Origin: Epithemia pelagica
Taxonomy: Eukaryota; Protista; Bacillariophyta
Length of the DNA: 64,000 bases
Reading direction: 5' to 3'
Assembly: GCA_946965045.2 (NCBI GenBank)
Contig: OX337239.1
Location: 3,224,001-3,288,000, forward strand
Part shown: positions 11,280-23,348 of the stretch, in pieces
Layout: each line of letters starts with the position of its first letter
Numbering within the stretch: the stretch's first letter is position 1
Program-made: the position numbers and the translations under genes
The notes under the pieces: generated by a model
The model's database searches: none
What the model was told of the DNA's origin: nothing
What the model saw: only the letters and a program-made list of their open reading frames with translations

Positions 11280-12503
11280 ATGACCACAACAACACTGAAA
11301 GAACAAGCATGGCAGTCGGAACTTGTTTTGTTAGACGAGTCACCTGAATGGAATGAAAACGATTGGCCTGCTCTTATGGGAGGAGCGCGAGACTATCATG
11401 CTTCGGTCGTAATTGGACATCCCGATACGGACGAGGATAGCAACCACAAGAGACAAACCGTCGTCGTCTTGGGAGGATATAAACAAGGTCAATACGGTGT
11501 CAGTTCCGTTCTGATATTGAATATGGCAGAATCGAACAAGCAGTGGCGAGAAGGGTCACCGATGAACAAGGCACGTTATGGACATGCTGCTGTTATGTGC
11601 AATAGAGAAGTCTATGTGATGGGAGGATACAATAGATATTCAAGTTTGGATTGTATCGAACAAATCAATGTCACCGATTTGCTCCAACCATCTTCGACAT
11701 CAAGCAGCTCGAAGAAGAGCCATTGGACGACATTGACATGTCGCTTATCATTGGGACGATCAGGATGTTGTGCTGTTGCGGTTCACAACCGATACATCGT
11801 TGTAATGGGTGGCTGTTCCAACGATCGCTATTTGTCGTCAGTGGATATTATTGATACCAACAATCACATTGTCATTGCTGGACCATCCATGAATGTTCCA
11901 CGAGCATGCTGTTCCAGTGCGGTCATTGGGCACCGCATCTTTGTCGTTGGAGGCCGTAATGAGCATGGCAATCTTGACTCGGTGGAGTATTTGGACGACA
12001 CAACACCCTGTGACAGTGATAAAACAGAAAAGGAAACTGGCTTGACGTTCATTTCTTTCTCACCCACCTGGACCAATCATTCGGAGTTGAGGCTTTACAA
12101 TGCACGATTATCTTGTGCAATGGTTGCGATGGGATCCTGTCTGGTTGTGACGGGAGGATTCGAATCATCTGTGGAAGTGTTGGATACGCGCCGCAACCGT
12201 GTGTGGAATCTCCCTGGACTGCAAGAAGATCGTTGGGGCTGCAGTATGGTGACTGTTACCAATCAAGTTGCCATTATTGGTGGACTCCGCAATCCTTCCT
12301 GTGCGACATTGCCACTAATGGATAGGAATTCGTGGTGTTTTCGTCGACTATGTGAGCACCAATCGAACGGATGGTATCATTCTCTTGAAAATGCCGTTAT
12401 CCGAAATGAAGATATCTCACCCTTCTTTACATCGACATCAACTCTTAAACGCGCAAGGTCCAATACTCACCGTGGTGATGAAGGGATGGATGAAGCCTAC
12501 TAG
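11280..12503 (+). CDS. Kelch-repeat protein K2 (six blades)
   Basis: Homologous start MTTTTLKEQAW at 11280; blades at VVLGG, YVMGG, VVMGG, FVVGG, VVTGG, AIIGG with W and R anchors. Confidence 0.92.
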   Translation: MTTTTLKEQAWQSELVLLDESPEWNENDWPALMGGARDYHASVVIGHPDTDEDSNHKRQTVVVLGGYKQGQYGVSSVLILNMAESNKQWREGSPMNKARYGHAAVMCNREVYVMGGYNRYSSLDCIEQINVTDLLQPSSTSSSSKKSHWTTLTCRLSLGRSGCCAVAVHNRYIVVMGGCSNDRYLSSVDIIDTNNHIVIAGPSMNVPRACCSSAVIGHRIFVVGGRNEHGNLDSVEYLDDTTPCDSDKTEKETGLTFISFSPTWTNHSELRLYNARLSCAMVAMGSCLVVTGGFESSVEVLDTRRNRVWNLPGLQEDRWGCSMVTVTNQVAIIGGLRNPSCATLPLMDRNSWCFRRLCEHQSNGWYHSLENAVIRNEDISPFFTSTSTLKRARSNTHRGDEGMDEAY

Positions 12504-12769
12504 ACGTTTTGTTCTCAAGTCACTGACTTGTTTTCTATGTTCGATTGTAATCCTAGAACCTAGTAAGTGGTTTACTCAAAAGTTGAAAGATTATGTTGCA
12601 AGATAGAATGTGCTGGTTTGTTGTCAAAGGCGGGAAAGGAAGACCAAATTTTTGTCTCTACGTGTGGAAGAGCTACTGCCGTGGTCGTGCGGTCGTGAGA
12701 CAAGAATCTGGGACTTTGTGGTGGCATCATGGCACTTTGCAGCACACAGAGTCATCATCCATGGATCAC

Positions 12770-12990
12770 TTATTCTGATTTGGTTCTTTCCTATCCACGA
12801 TGTTCTTGTGCAGTGATTGCTGTGGGATCCGGGCTGGTCGTGGCGGGACGACGACGCAATTCAACTGTGGAAACCTTTGGATACGCACCGGACCCGCGTG
12901 TGGAATCTCCCACCCTTTGGAAATCGCCTTGACCGCTCCGCGTCAAAATCAAAATCTAAATGAAGCACGACCAATACGCACTGTATTGAA
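12770..12990 (+). pseudogene. Degenerate Kelch 3' fragment (blade 5, start of blade 6, K6-like tail)
   Basis: SDLVLSYPRCSCAVIAVGSGLVVAG...STVE and GTGTGGAATCTCCCACC, with frameshift and large deletion. Confidence 0.8.
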
Positions 12991-13219
12991 AAAGGGAAGG
13001 ATAATCCTGAATTGTACTAAAGAATAAAATCACTCATGGAAATGCAGCGTCCGGCAGAACGTGACTTTTACGAAAAGACAAAGACTATTAAGAGGTGTGC
13101 TTTGTGTTGAGTGTTTTTGTCGCTGTGTGAATTGCTTTGCTAGCCTTTACCAATGAGATTCAAGAGATGGTTTGGCAGAATTCGCTTTTTTTGGCTGGAC
13201 TCCAAGAGTCACAAACTAA

Positions 13220-14600
13220 TCACTATGAATGTAGAGGACGTGCCTCATTCTTTTTTCTGATAGTTTGCTGAATATCACCAAGTTCAATCTTGTACCAAAT
13301 CTCACCGTCTTCAAACTCACGGTACACAATCATGTACCAGGACTGTAGAAGGGGCGTCGCGATTTGCTGTGTCCGACTACACTCGACCGCAATCACACGA
13401 CAATCTTCATACAGCCACGTGTGTGTTTGCGTACTCTTGCTGTCGTCGGTATTATTGTCATCGATGACTCGTACTTGATTCGTTTCTCCAATCACGGTAA
13501 GAAGATTAAAGCAATATGCCCTCTCCACAAATCGAGACTAAACCTTCCATCGGCATGGGCATCGGTAATGAAACCCTTGTACCAATCGGGACCTATGCAA
13601 GCTTGAGCAATCAAGCCGGATACCAACCGGGCGTCTCCCACGGATTGCATACCCATGCCATCAGTAATGAATATCGGAGATGGTGCCACAATCCCTGGTA
13701 TAGGTATGAACGGCAAAACCTTTGTTGTTCAACCATTCAAGAGAAATTGCGAGCAGTCGATGATGATACCTTGTCAATCGTCTCCAAAGCCGAACTCCCA
13801 TCCAGAGTGGATTGAAGACGATTTGACTGGAGACGAGCCATGGAACAAGATGCGGACGACATTGAGAAAAGTGAGATTTGTGCTTTCGCAATGAGAGATT
13901 GAATCGAGACTTGGTCCATGCCTTTATTGGCCGTCGTCAACATCCGTTCTTGCAGTTGAAGCAAGGTTGGTACGGCATGTCGATAGGCCGATGCACACCA
14001 ACCCGCCATTCCGACAACAACGGTCCCATGGTTGCGCGAAGCAACCGATCCAGCACGGAGTATATGGCTTTACTTTGCCTATTTGAAAATTGCGAGAAGG
14101 AGGACAAAACGGGATGCCTGCTGTGCATGCGACGACTGTTATTGTTGTTTGGGTCTTGCTGGTAGATCGTCAAACCTGATTTTTCTCGTCTTGCCGTGCT
14201 CCTTGATGAATGAGCAGAACGGCTCTTCTTGTTGTTGATGATTGGGTGTAACTCGTTGTTGTTGTTGGGTGCAGTCATCATCACTGTAGTGCAATCGAAT
14301 AACTGTGTGGTCTTTGGTCCTTTCCACCACGAATCGCGAGTTTAGGCATCTCTTGATCCTGATCCTTGTGTGGCTTGGTTCATGGTCTCTTGTGGTCAAT
14401 GAATCTGACAAAAGGACGAAACGGGTGGATTCCAATGTCCGATGATGAGAGGAGCAGTAATAGGACGAAAAGCACGACAAGCGAAAACCTTGTGGACCTG
14501 ATGTTGTCCGCTTCGCTGATGGTTCTTTTTGGAAATCGAGCATGGTTGGTTGCTGCATCTCTACGTTCCTCGTCCGTCGTCTTGTGAAGAACGAATCAGT
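13220..14600 (-). pseudogene. Relic of unknown gene X (copy 1), tail-to-tail with the Kelch unit; other copies ~27950-28750 and ~62020-62700, N-terminal parts at ~35950-37700 and ~46760-47250
   Basis: Conserved minus-frame peptides in three copies (LQLQ.RML..A....D..S..SLI...Q.SLFSM; IYSVL.RLLR..M.P.LSE.R.GV.RPID) broken by frameshifts and stops; C-terminal ...EFEDGEIW.KIELGD. Confidence 0.55.
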
Positions 14601-15171
14601 GTTGATCGAGCAAAGATGGAATGGAACCATCAAGGGGAAGGAAGAAGTCTCAGGGACTGACGCAACTGAGTCGACAGCGGTTCCATTAAACTTGCTGTTG
14701 GTGCGATCTGCCGCATGTCGAAGCTGAAACCAGTCCATCAGCATTCTCTGATGTGAATTGAGACGCCAGGCACGAGACAATGCAATTCACATTCGTCAAC
14801 AGTCCGGATGTACCCATAGTTGGAATCCAATCCATGATGTTTTGTTTGTATTTGGGCAAAAGATGTGTGTGTGGTGTTATGTACGTACCCGACAAAAGCA
14901 CTGGCTCGAAGGCTTCCACGTGTAGTACTCATAAGCCTATGTCCGATCGCACAAGAATGTAAGAAAGGGTCGCGTCGTTTGTGTCGTCCTTTCTGTTTTT
15001 TAACCACTGTGTCACTAATCCTCATGATTCCCCCGCTGGGGATTACAGTATATACTCTTCTTTTTCCAGTCCACACCCATCCGAGCAGCCCACTGCAATC
15101 TATTACACAGTCATCAGTGTGCTCCTTTGATCCTTATAAATGCGCTGCGGTCAACAAAAGGAAGACTGAGC

Positions 15172-16389
15172 ATGACTCTGAAAGAACAAGCATGGCAGTC
15201 GGACCTTTTCCTTTCAGACGAGACACATGAATGGAATGAAAACGACTGGCCTCCTCTTCAGGGTGGATGGCGTTATCTTCATGCTACGGTCGTACTCGAT
15301 CATCTCGACAAGGAACTCCACAACGACAACAACAGAGGACAAACTGTTGTCGTGTTGGGAGGAATTCAACAACGCCGAGGCAATGTGAATTCTATTCTTT
15401 TATTGAATCTGGCAGAATCGAACAAGCAATGGCGAGAAGGGCCACCCATGAACCAGAAACGTGCTGGACATGGCGCTGTTGTGTGCAACGGTGGCGTCTA
15501 CGTCATGGGAGGCTACAATGGAAGCTCAGTATTTGATTGTATCGAACGAATTGACGAAAATGATTTGCTGCTATCACCTTTAACAACAAACATCATCACA
15601 CATGCGAGTAATTGGACGACATTGACATGTCGGTTATCATCTGGACGACATGGGTGTTGTGCTGTCGCGGTTCACAACCGATACATCGTTGTAATGGGTG
15701 GATACAGCGATCGTTATTTGTCGTCGGTGGATATTATAGATACAAACAGCCACACTGTCATTGCCGGACCAAGCATGATTGTTCCACGACAATGGTTTGC
15801 CAGTGCGGTCATTGGTCACCGCATCTTTGTCGTTGGAGGTCATAACGATAATGGCCATCTTGACTCGGTGGAGTATTTGGACAATGCAACACCCTGTGAC
15901 AATGATGCGACAAAAAAGGAGATAGGCTCGACGTTCATATCTTTCTCGTCCGCTTGGATCACTCAGTCGGAGTTGAGGCTTTCCAATGCACGAAGGTCTC
16001 GTGCGATGGTTGCCGTGGGATCTTGTCTGGTTGTGGCGGGAGGATGGCACAATTCAACCGTGGAAGTCTTGGATACGCACCGCAACCGCGTGTGGAATCT
16101 TCCACCATTAGATAATCACCGCGAAGGCTGCAGTCTAGTGACTGTTGCCAATCAAGTTGCCGTGATTGGTGGACTCCGCAATCCTTCCTGTGCAACATTA
16201 CCTCTACTGGATAGGAATACGTGGTGTTTTCGTCGTCTCTGTGAGCAGCAATCGAACGGATGGTATCATTCTCTTGAAGGTAAGGGTATCCGAGATGCTG
16301 ATATCTCACCCTTCTCCACATCGACATTAGCTCGCAAACGAGTAAGGACCAATACATGCCAAAATGATAGAGGGAATGATGAAACCTAG
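15172..16389 (+). CDS. Kelch-repeat protein K3
   Basis: Homologous ATG at 15172 (MTLKEQAW); six blades; tail ARKRVR. Confidence 0.92.
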   Translation: MTLKEQAWQSDLFLSDETHEWNENDWPPLQGGWRYLHATVVLDHLDKELHNDNNRGQTVVVLGGIQQRRGNVNSILLLNLAESNKQWREGPPMNQKRAGHGAVVCNGGVYVMGGYNGSSVFDCIERIDENDLLLSPLTTNIITHASNWTTLTCRLSSGRHGCCAVAVHNRYIVVMGGYSDRYLSSVDIIDTNSHTVIAGPSMIVPRQWFASAVIGHRIFVVGGHNDNGHLDSVEYLDNATPCDNDATKKEIGSTFISFSSAWITQSELRLSNARRSRAMVAVGSCLVVAGGWHNSTVEVLDTHRNRVWNLPPLDNHREGCSLVTVANQVAVIGGLRNPSCATLPLLDRNTWCFRRLCEQQSNGWYHSLEGKGIRDADISPFSTSTLARKRVRTNTCQNDRGNDET

Positions 16390-16989
16390 CCGTTTGTTTT
16401 CGAGTGGTTGACTTGTTTTCTACATTCGATTGCAATCGTAGAACCTTGTAAGTAGTAATTCAAAGGTAGAAAGAACATGTTGCAAGAAAGAAGGTGCTTA
16501 TTTGTTGTCAACGACCCGATTTGTCTACCTCTAAAAGTGGTACGACGCTTCGGCCATGACCTGACACAGTTGTGGGACAGTGCCACCACCGGGGTTGTAC
16601 GATCATGAGAAAAGATTCTGGTGCTTTGGGGCGGTGTCATGGAACCTTACGCGACACAAAGTCTGAATGTTGCTTTATTCTTCGTACATCCGGTTTTGTT
16701 CATACTTAAGTTCGATCTATACAGCGATGACACAGAGCACGATGAGTAGGAGAGGAGCACCAAGATGAGGACGAATCCGACATGGACAAAACGGGTGGAT
16801 CGGCATGTCCTTTCGAACAATAGGAGAAAGACGAGAGGGTGAAGCCATGCTGATCCTGTCATGATTGAGAGCGATTCGAGACAAGACTCTGGATTCTGAA
16901 GGGTGTCGGGGTCGACGAGGTTCCATTGACGGAGGCTGGCTATAATGGAACTATCTTGTGTTAATTGGTGGAAAGGAACGTGTCATGTT

Positions 16990-17700
16990 CTCCCTCGTTA
17001 TTGTCATTGGCCAAGCCGCTCCCCATCGCGATGTCTTGCCCCCTCAATGCCAGTTCCACCGAAACCTTGTTGCACGACAACAACACTGTCGAACAGCACT
17101 GTTCGACCTCGATCACGGCATCCTTTGTGCCTCGTACGGAACTCAGAAGCACCAACAACACAACCGCGACAACGAATGCCGGCGGTCATGTCTTGGCTGT
17201 CTTGGAAGCCTTGCCACCCACACCGTATGAAGGGTTGGTCGTGTTGGAACGCTAGTAGTCGCCCGAGGCGGTTTTGCTCGTCGCAATCCGAATGGCCCAA
17301 TTCATCTATCTGTTTTTGCCAATTGTCGCAATGGACCAGAACGACAACAAGGAATCGAGTCTTGTCGTTGCCACACCACAACCTCCCGAACTACCAACGC
17401 AGCCACAAAACAAGAAGGCGGTCATCTTTCCTCTTCCTAGCATACCTCAATTGGACGAAACTGACGGTGCCATTGCCGTGTAACCAACTGTGTTCAATTC
17501 CATCTTGGAAGTCGGAGCATTGACGACGACGACAACGAGTCAGGCAACGTCCACCACCACTACTTCCTGTCGCAGCATTGCTCGTCCGGTTGCTCATGCC
17601 TGGAAACAAGCTCCTCCTCATCGCGATGTCGTGCCCCTCGATGACAGTTCCGCCGAAACCTTGTTGCACGATTACAACACTGTCGCACAAGAGTACTCTA
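16990..17700. repeat. Dispersed repeat family B (CATCGCGATGTCTTGCCCCTCAATGCCAGTTCCACCGAAACCTTGTTGCACGAC core); also ~1050-1200, ~23930-24430, ~50050-50357 and 59178-59345
   Basis: Same core occurs at least five times; no intact long ORF on either strand; the LINE is inserted into one copy. Confidence 0.75.
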
Positions 17701-17810
17701 CCTCCACTTTGTGCCTCGCACTGACCTATTCATCATACAAAAGGACCTCTTCATCATCACAAATAATGTTGTCGCTCTCTCTCTCGTCGTCGACCAAAAG
17801 ATACTTTTCT

Positions 17811-17866
17811 TGGGGCTTGTCATGAAATCTATGTGCGATTGATTACCCTTCACCATCGTACGCAGG
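17811..17866 (+). promoter_or_regulatory. Conserved upstream block GGGGCTTGTCATG(A/T)AATCTATGTGCGATTGA...CATCGTACGCA before K4, K8 (44597-44650), K9 (48133-48188), K10 (60310-60363)
   Basis: Retained about 65-130 bp upstream of four ATGs; may simply be co-duplicated flank. Confidence 0.35.
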
Positions 17867-17992
17867 ACTGGCACACCTTTCTGTCGCCGCGGTCTCCACG
17901 CAAAAAAGCAAAGCTTCCACGCGTTGCTGTATTATTATTACAAAAATACCCTCTGCCATTTTTCTTGTCAACGTATTAGTAAAGCCGTGACC

Positions 17993-19177
17993 ATGACAAC
18001 GACACTGAAAGAACAAGCATGGCAGTCGGGCCTTGTCCTGTTAGACGAGACACATGAATGGAATTTCGAGGACTGGCCTCCTCTTGAGGGTGAATGGCGT
18101 TCTCGTCATGCTTCGGTCGTACTGAATCATCCCGATAACAACCAAGAACAAACCGTCGTCGTGTTGGGTGGATATCGAACAGGTCAATGCGAGCTCGATT
18201 CGGTTCTTACATTGAATCTATCACACCCCAGCAAGCAGTGGCGAGAAGGACCATCCATGGACAAGACACGTGCTGGACATGCCGCTGTTGTTTGCAATGG
18301 CGGCGTGTACGTGATGGGAGGATACAGTCGAGGACTTTTGGATTGTATTGAACGAATCGATGCCAATGATTTGCTTCGATCATCCTTTACAACCACCACC
18401 ACACAGGATAGTTATTGGACAACATTGACATGTCGATTATCAACGGGACGAGTGGGATGTTGTGCTGTTGCCGTGCACAACCGATACATCGTTGTAATGG
18501 GTGGACGCAGCAATCGTTATTGGTCGTCGGTGGATATTGTTGATACCAGCAATCACACTCTCATTGAGGGACCATCTATGACTGTTCCTCGATCATACTT
18601 TGACAGCGCAGTCGTTGGACACCGCATCTTTGTCGTTGGAGGCCGAAACGATGACAATGTACTTGATTCGGTGGAGTATTTGGACTTTGCAGAGGAGAGA
18701 AAAGACGACTCTTTGACGACAGTCATTTCCTTCTCGTCCGCTTGGACCACTCACTCTGAATTGGTGCTTTCCAACCCTCGAGCTTTTTGTGCAATGGTAG
18801 CCGTGGGATCTTGTCTGGTGGTGGCGGGAGGACGAGGCAATTTAAGTGTGGAAGTCTTGGATACGCACCGCAACCGTGTGTGGAATCTCCCTGGACTGCA
18901 AGAAGATCGTTGGGGCTGCAGTATGGTGTCTGTTCCCAATCAAGTTGCCGTGATTGGTGGATGGCGCACTACTTCCTGTGCGACATTGCCACTAATGGAT
19001 AGGAATTCGTGGTGCTTTCGTCGACTCTGTGAGCAGCAATCGAACGGATGGTATGATTCTCTTGAAGGTATGGGTATCCGAGATGATGATATTTCTCCCT
19101 TCTCCACCTCGACATCAGCTCATAAACGAACAAAGCCCGATACACGCCGTGGTGATGAAGGCAAGGATGGAACTTGA
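17993..19177 (+). CDS. Kelch-repeat protein K4
   Basis: ATG 17993 (MTTTLKEQAW); six blades; blades 2-5 nearly identical to K1. Confidence 0.92.
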   Translation: MTTTLKEQAWQSGLVLLDETHEWNFEDWPPLEGEWRSRHASVVLNHPDNNQEQTVVVLGGYRTGQCELDSVLTLNLSHPSKQWREGPSMDKTRAGHAAVVCNGGVYVMGGYSRGLLDCIERIDANDLLRSSFTTTTTQDSYWTTLTCRLSTGRVGCCAVAVHNRYIVVMGGRSNRYWSSVDIVDTSNHTLIEGPSMTVPRSYFDSAVVGHRIFVVGGRNDDNVLDSVEYLDFAEERKDDSLTTVISFSSAWTTHSELVLSNPRAFCAMVAVGSCLVVAGGRGNLSVEVLDTHRNRVWNLPGLQEDRWGCSMVSVPNQVAVIGGWRTTSCATLPLMDRNSWCFRRLCEQQSNGWYDSLEGMGIRDDDISPFSTSTSAHKRTKPDTRRGDEGKDGT

Positions 19178-22148
19178 AATTTGCAACGTATTGCATGTAT
19201 GTCCCAACAATAGCGGAACTATAGCATTATCATTTTTTCTCAAACTGCAGTTTGATTGTTTTCTTCATGGCATTGCGACCTAAAGAGATATCACATACAC
19301 CTTTGTACTAGTAGAAGACGAAAGTTACACCATCCGGCATGACACTGCAAACAGGAGTGGAGCCAGGCCTTGGGTAGATGGCCATGGTACCATGCCTCTC
19401 TGCTGTTGATGGGGTCGAGTAATCATGCTGTGGAAGATTATGGTTACGTGCCTGAAACACTAGGCGTAGCGACTCGTTTAGACGGTCGTCTTCATTCCGA
19501 CCATGCGTTCAATTGTGAGGTCCGGTCCTTCTATGGCGAATGCCTGCGTGAGAGGACAGTACCCCGTCTCTCGACGTTTGTGGTTTCGGGTGACAGGACA
19601 TTTGTGAATCGTTGGAATTTGTGACACCGACGTGTTCGATATTTTCTCCAATATTGCAACTATACTTTATCATGAGGTCAGCAATTTGCTTGCGTCGAAC
19701 CAGCAATCAGTCTCTCCGAAGTGGCTCGTTGACAGTCCATGGGTATCGGTCCTCGTAGGAAGACTTGAAAGGGCGATGCGACCCTTTCAAATAATCAATT
19801 CTTCACTACTCCAATCGGACGCGTCGGGAGGGAGTTAAATCGCGTTCCATACTTAAATCCGTAGTACTGCACTCCTCGTCACCGGCGCAACTACTCTCTT
19901 GGTCCGACTTTGAGCATTTGTTGCAAACATGACGCTGCCATTCATAGCTGTCCTCATATCCACCAGCCAAGGTTGGGCAGTGGAATGCTCCTCCACTCTT
20001 TTGTCTTGGTTGTAGATCATCCTGGATGCAAGTTGTATGACATTTGCTGTAAAGCTAGATACTTTTTTCGAGCCTCCACATCTTTATGTACCTCCAATGG
20101 GGCGACTTTGTGATCGATTCAGCAGGTCCTCATGGTGTCATGTTGAGAAAGGGTCCAAAATAATTGGCGTCTAGACTGCCATGCAGTGCCACAACACAAA
20201 GAGATTTATCTGGTCTTGTTGCTGGCGTCAATCCTGATTTACTAGTTGGTCAGTACTGGAGGAGGATTCTCGTTCCAAGAAAGACATGTGGATCAGGAAG
20301 CATAACATTGTCCTAGTGCTCTTCTTTTGCTGTTGTTGTTGTTGTTGTTGTTTGTTACACTAGACCTCCTGTTGCGAATCGAAAGCCAAGGTACGATTTC
20401 TAGCTTGTTGCGATGAAAGTTGTCGTTGAGTATTAGAGTCTTCTTTTGAGTCTTCCTCCACGGGAGACATGAGAGCGAGTCACAGCAGAAAACGCTGCCA
20501 GAAGGCGCGAAAAGGTCAATCTCCGAAACCAAAGACGGCGACGACGGCGACAGACACATTGTGGTGCTTGCTGATGGTATCTTTTTGTCGTTCGTTTCAA
20601 TGGATATTCCCCCAAACTGATGTGGAGTCCCCCTCCCCCAAAGTCTGTGAGTCCCTTCCAAATCTTGGTCGCGGAATGAGGACATGAATGGCTCGCAGGC
20701 GCGCCGACCGAGACGAGCAGTGTTACTCTAAAATATCGATTGATGTCGTCGCCAAAAAACGACCACTCTAATAGAATCTACTGCTACACTCAATGGGAAA
20801 CAAGGCATCTAGCATCTACGGTATCATCCCAACGGCAACGGCGTTCGATCCACGGCCATGGCGGCCAAAGAATGATCATCCCAATTGGCAGTCTAAACTC
20901 ATGGCAGGTATTCCTTGGGAAACATCCAACCACACTCCCACTGGCGCAACAGATGGACCCATGACATGCATTGCGCAACCTGCCGGTGCTTTTTGTAAAA
21001 GACGCCTAGCCAGGTTGCCAAGGTCAACAGTTTACAAGCACCGTACCATGCCATGTCAGCAGCAAGTGGCCTTGGCCTTTTGATCCGTTGTATTACTGGG
21101 GTTCTTCGCGAGAGACACCACGACCCATGGCAAAAATTGCAGGATGACAAAACTGACCTGAGCCAGTACCATGACAGCGACCGGTACCCGTCATGACCAT
21201 CGACCAGCAGGATGGAACAACAAGAGCAGTACCAACAACAACAGCTCGGTCGACGAAACAACAACAGCTCGGTCGAACCAAGTTCCTTCCCAGACGAGAC
21301 TCGCATCACTTCCCAGGTCTCCATCCACGACCAGTACACAGTGCCGTTGCTTTTTCGTCGACTCGGTATTTGTTGATGGGAACCAACAACCAGACACACT
21401 GTGGAGTATTCATTGCATGGTTGGATATTCCATGGCACTGTGATTTGGGATGATTGAAAAATGCCAACCAGATCACGACTATACTCTACTCCACCGCCCA
21501 TTTCAAGTGACATCAGCAACAACCACAAAAGATCTGAAACGAATCCACACCACATTCATTGCTCTTACGTGTATTCCCGGCTGATGCTTCAAGGTCTGCA
21601 GCAACTGGATTGTCCTTTTACGTCATCTTTCGTATTGTTCGGTACTAGAAGGACTCTTCTTGTCTTCACCAGAAATGATCCACTCGGTTCCCAAAGTCAC
21701 ATGGTGGCCACCTTTTCTTGTTGGCACCCACCAGCACATTGCTGATTTCTGCTCTCTAGGGATTGGAAACAAGCCTTGGTTGCAGGCAAGGAGCATCCTG
21801 CCATTCGCAGAAAAACATGCCCTATCGGTATACTGCTAGTGTTCCCAAGGGCGTTTGGCAGAGCTCGGACATTGGCGGAAACTAGAGACGACGGAATGAC
21901 GAACATGTCAGTAAGCAGTGCAACCGCAATTATGGGTATAGCAGCGGCGGCAAGGATGCCGAAACGATGACAATCTGGCTACGGTCACGATTTGTCTCGT
22001 GCCGAAAGCTCCTGTCCATCCATTTCGTCAAGTCAGTCGTGCTTCCAGTCCGCACCCATCACAATCACAACAGCAGAGCAAACCTACCTGCCTCTTACAA
22101 GACAGTGTCTCGATCATCATAAATTCTGTAGTCGAAACGTTTGCAACC

Positions 22149-23348
22149 ATGACCACAACACTGAAAGAACAAGCATGGCTGTCAGGCCTTGTCCTTTCCG
22201 ACAAGACACCCGAGTGGAATTTCGAGGACTTGCCTCCGCTTGAGGGTGGATGGCGAGAGTATCATACATCGGTCGTGCTAAATCATCTCGGTGCGGACAA
22301 CAACAGACAAACCATTGTCGTGTTGGGTGGATACCGAGCAGGTCAAGGCGAGCTCGATTCAGTTCTTGTACTGAATTTAGCAGACCCAAAGAAGCAGTGG
22401 CGAGAAGGGCCATCCATGAACAAGGCACGTTATAAACATGCTGCTGTTGTGTGCAATAGAGGGGTCTACGTGATGGGAGGATACACTAATAGATATTCAA
22501 GTTTGGATTGTATCGAACAAATTAATGCCACCGATTTGCTCCAACCATCTTCGACATCAAGCAGCTCGAAGAAGAGCCATTGGACGACATTGACATGCCG
22601 GTTATCAGTGGAACGATCAGGATGTTGTGCTGTTGCGGTTCACAACCGATACATCGTTGTAATGGGTGGCAATAACAACGATGGTTATTTGTCGTCAGTG
22701 GATATCATTGATACCAACAATCACACTGTCACTGTGGGACCAAGCATGACTGTTCCACGACAATCGTGTGCCAGTGCAATCGTTGGTCACCGCATCTTTG
22801 TCGTTGGAGGTCATAACGATAATGGCCATCTTTACTCGGTGGAGTATTTGGACTATGCAACACCCTGTGACAAGGATGCAACAAAAAAGGAGATAGGCTC
22901 GACATTCATTTCTTTCTCGTCCACCTGGATCACTCATCCTGAGTTGGTGCTTTCCAATGCACGATTATCTTGTGCAATGGTTGCGATGGGATCCTGTCTG
23001 GTTGTGACGGGAGGATTCGAATCATCTGTGGAAGTGTTGGATACGCGCCGCAACCGTGTGTGGAATCTCCCACCATTCACTAACTACCACAATGGTTGTA
23101 CTATGGTGACTGTTGCCAATCAAGTTGCCGTGATTGGTGGATGGCGCAATCCTACCTGTGTGACATTGCCACTAATGGATAGGAATTCGTGGTGTTTTCG
23201 TCGACTTTGTGAGCAGCAATCGAACGGATGGTATCATTCTCTTGAAGGTATAGGTATCCGAGATGCTGATATCTTGACATTGGCATCAGCACGTCAACGC
23301 GCAAGGTCCAATACTCAAAGTGGTGATGAAGGGGCGGATGAAGCCTAG
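22149..23348 (+). CDS. Kelch-repeat protein K5
   Basis: ATG 22149; six blades; mosaic of K2-, K3- and K7-like segments. Confidence 0.92.
   Translation: MTTTLKEQAWLSGLVLSDKTPEWNFEDLPPLEGGWREYHTSVVLNHLGADNNRQTIVVLGGYRAGQGELDSVLVLNLADPKKQWREGPSMNKARYKHAAVVCNRGVYVMGGYTNRYSSLDCIEQINATDLLQPSSTSSSSKKSHWTTLTCRLSVERSGCCAVAVHNRYIVVMGGNNNDGYLSSVDIIDTNNHTVTVGPSMTVPRQSCASAIVGHRIFVVGGHNDNGHLYSVEYLDYATPCDKDATKKEIGSTFISFSSTWITHPELVLSNARLSCAMVAMGSCLVVTGGFESSVEVLDTRRNRVWNLPPFTNYHNGCTMVTVANQVAVIGGWRNPTCVTLPLMDRNSWCFRRLCEQQSNGWYHSLEGIGIRDADILTLASARQRARSNTQSGDEGADEA

Noticed and set aside
12330-12365. C-terminal WCFRRLCEQ as a SOCS/BC-box
   Set aside because: The Cys is Phe in K8 and intact K9, and the required downstream aliphatic residue is absent in most copies.
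20793-21083. MGNKASS myristoylation-like ORF
   Set aside because: Short ORF within a decayed repeat; start and frame not conserved in paralogs.
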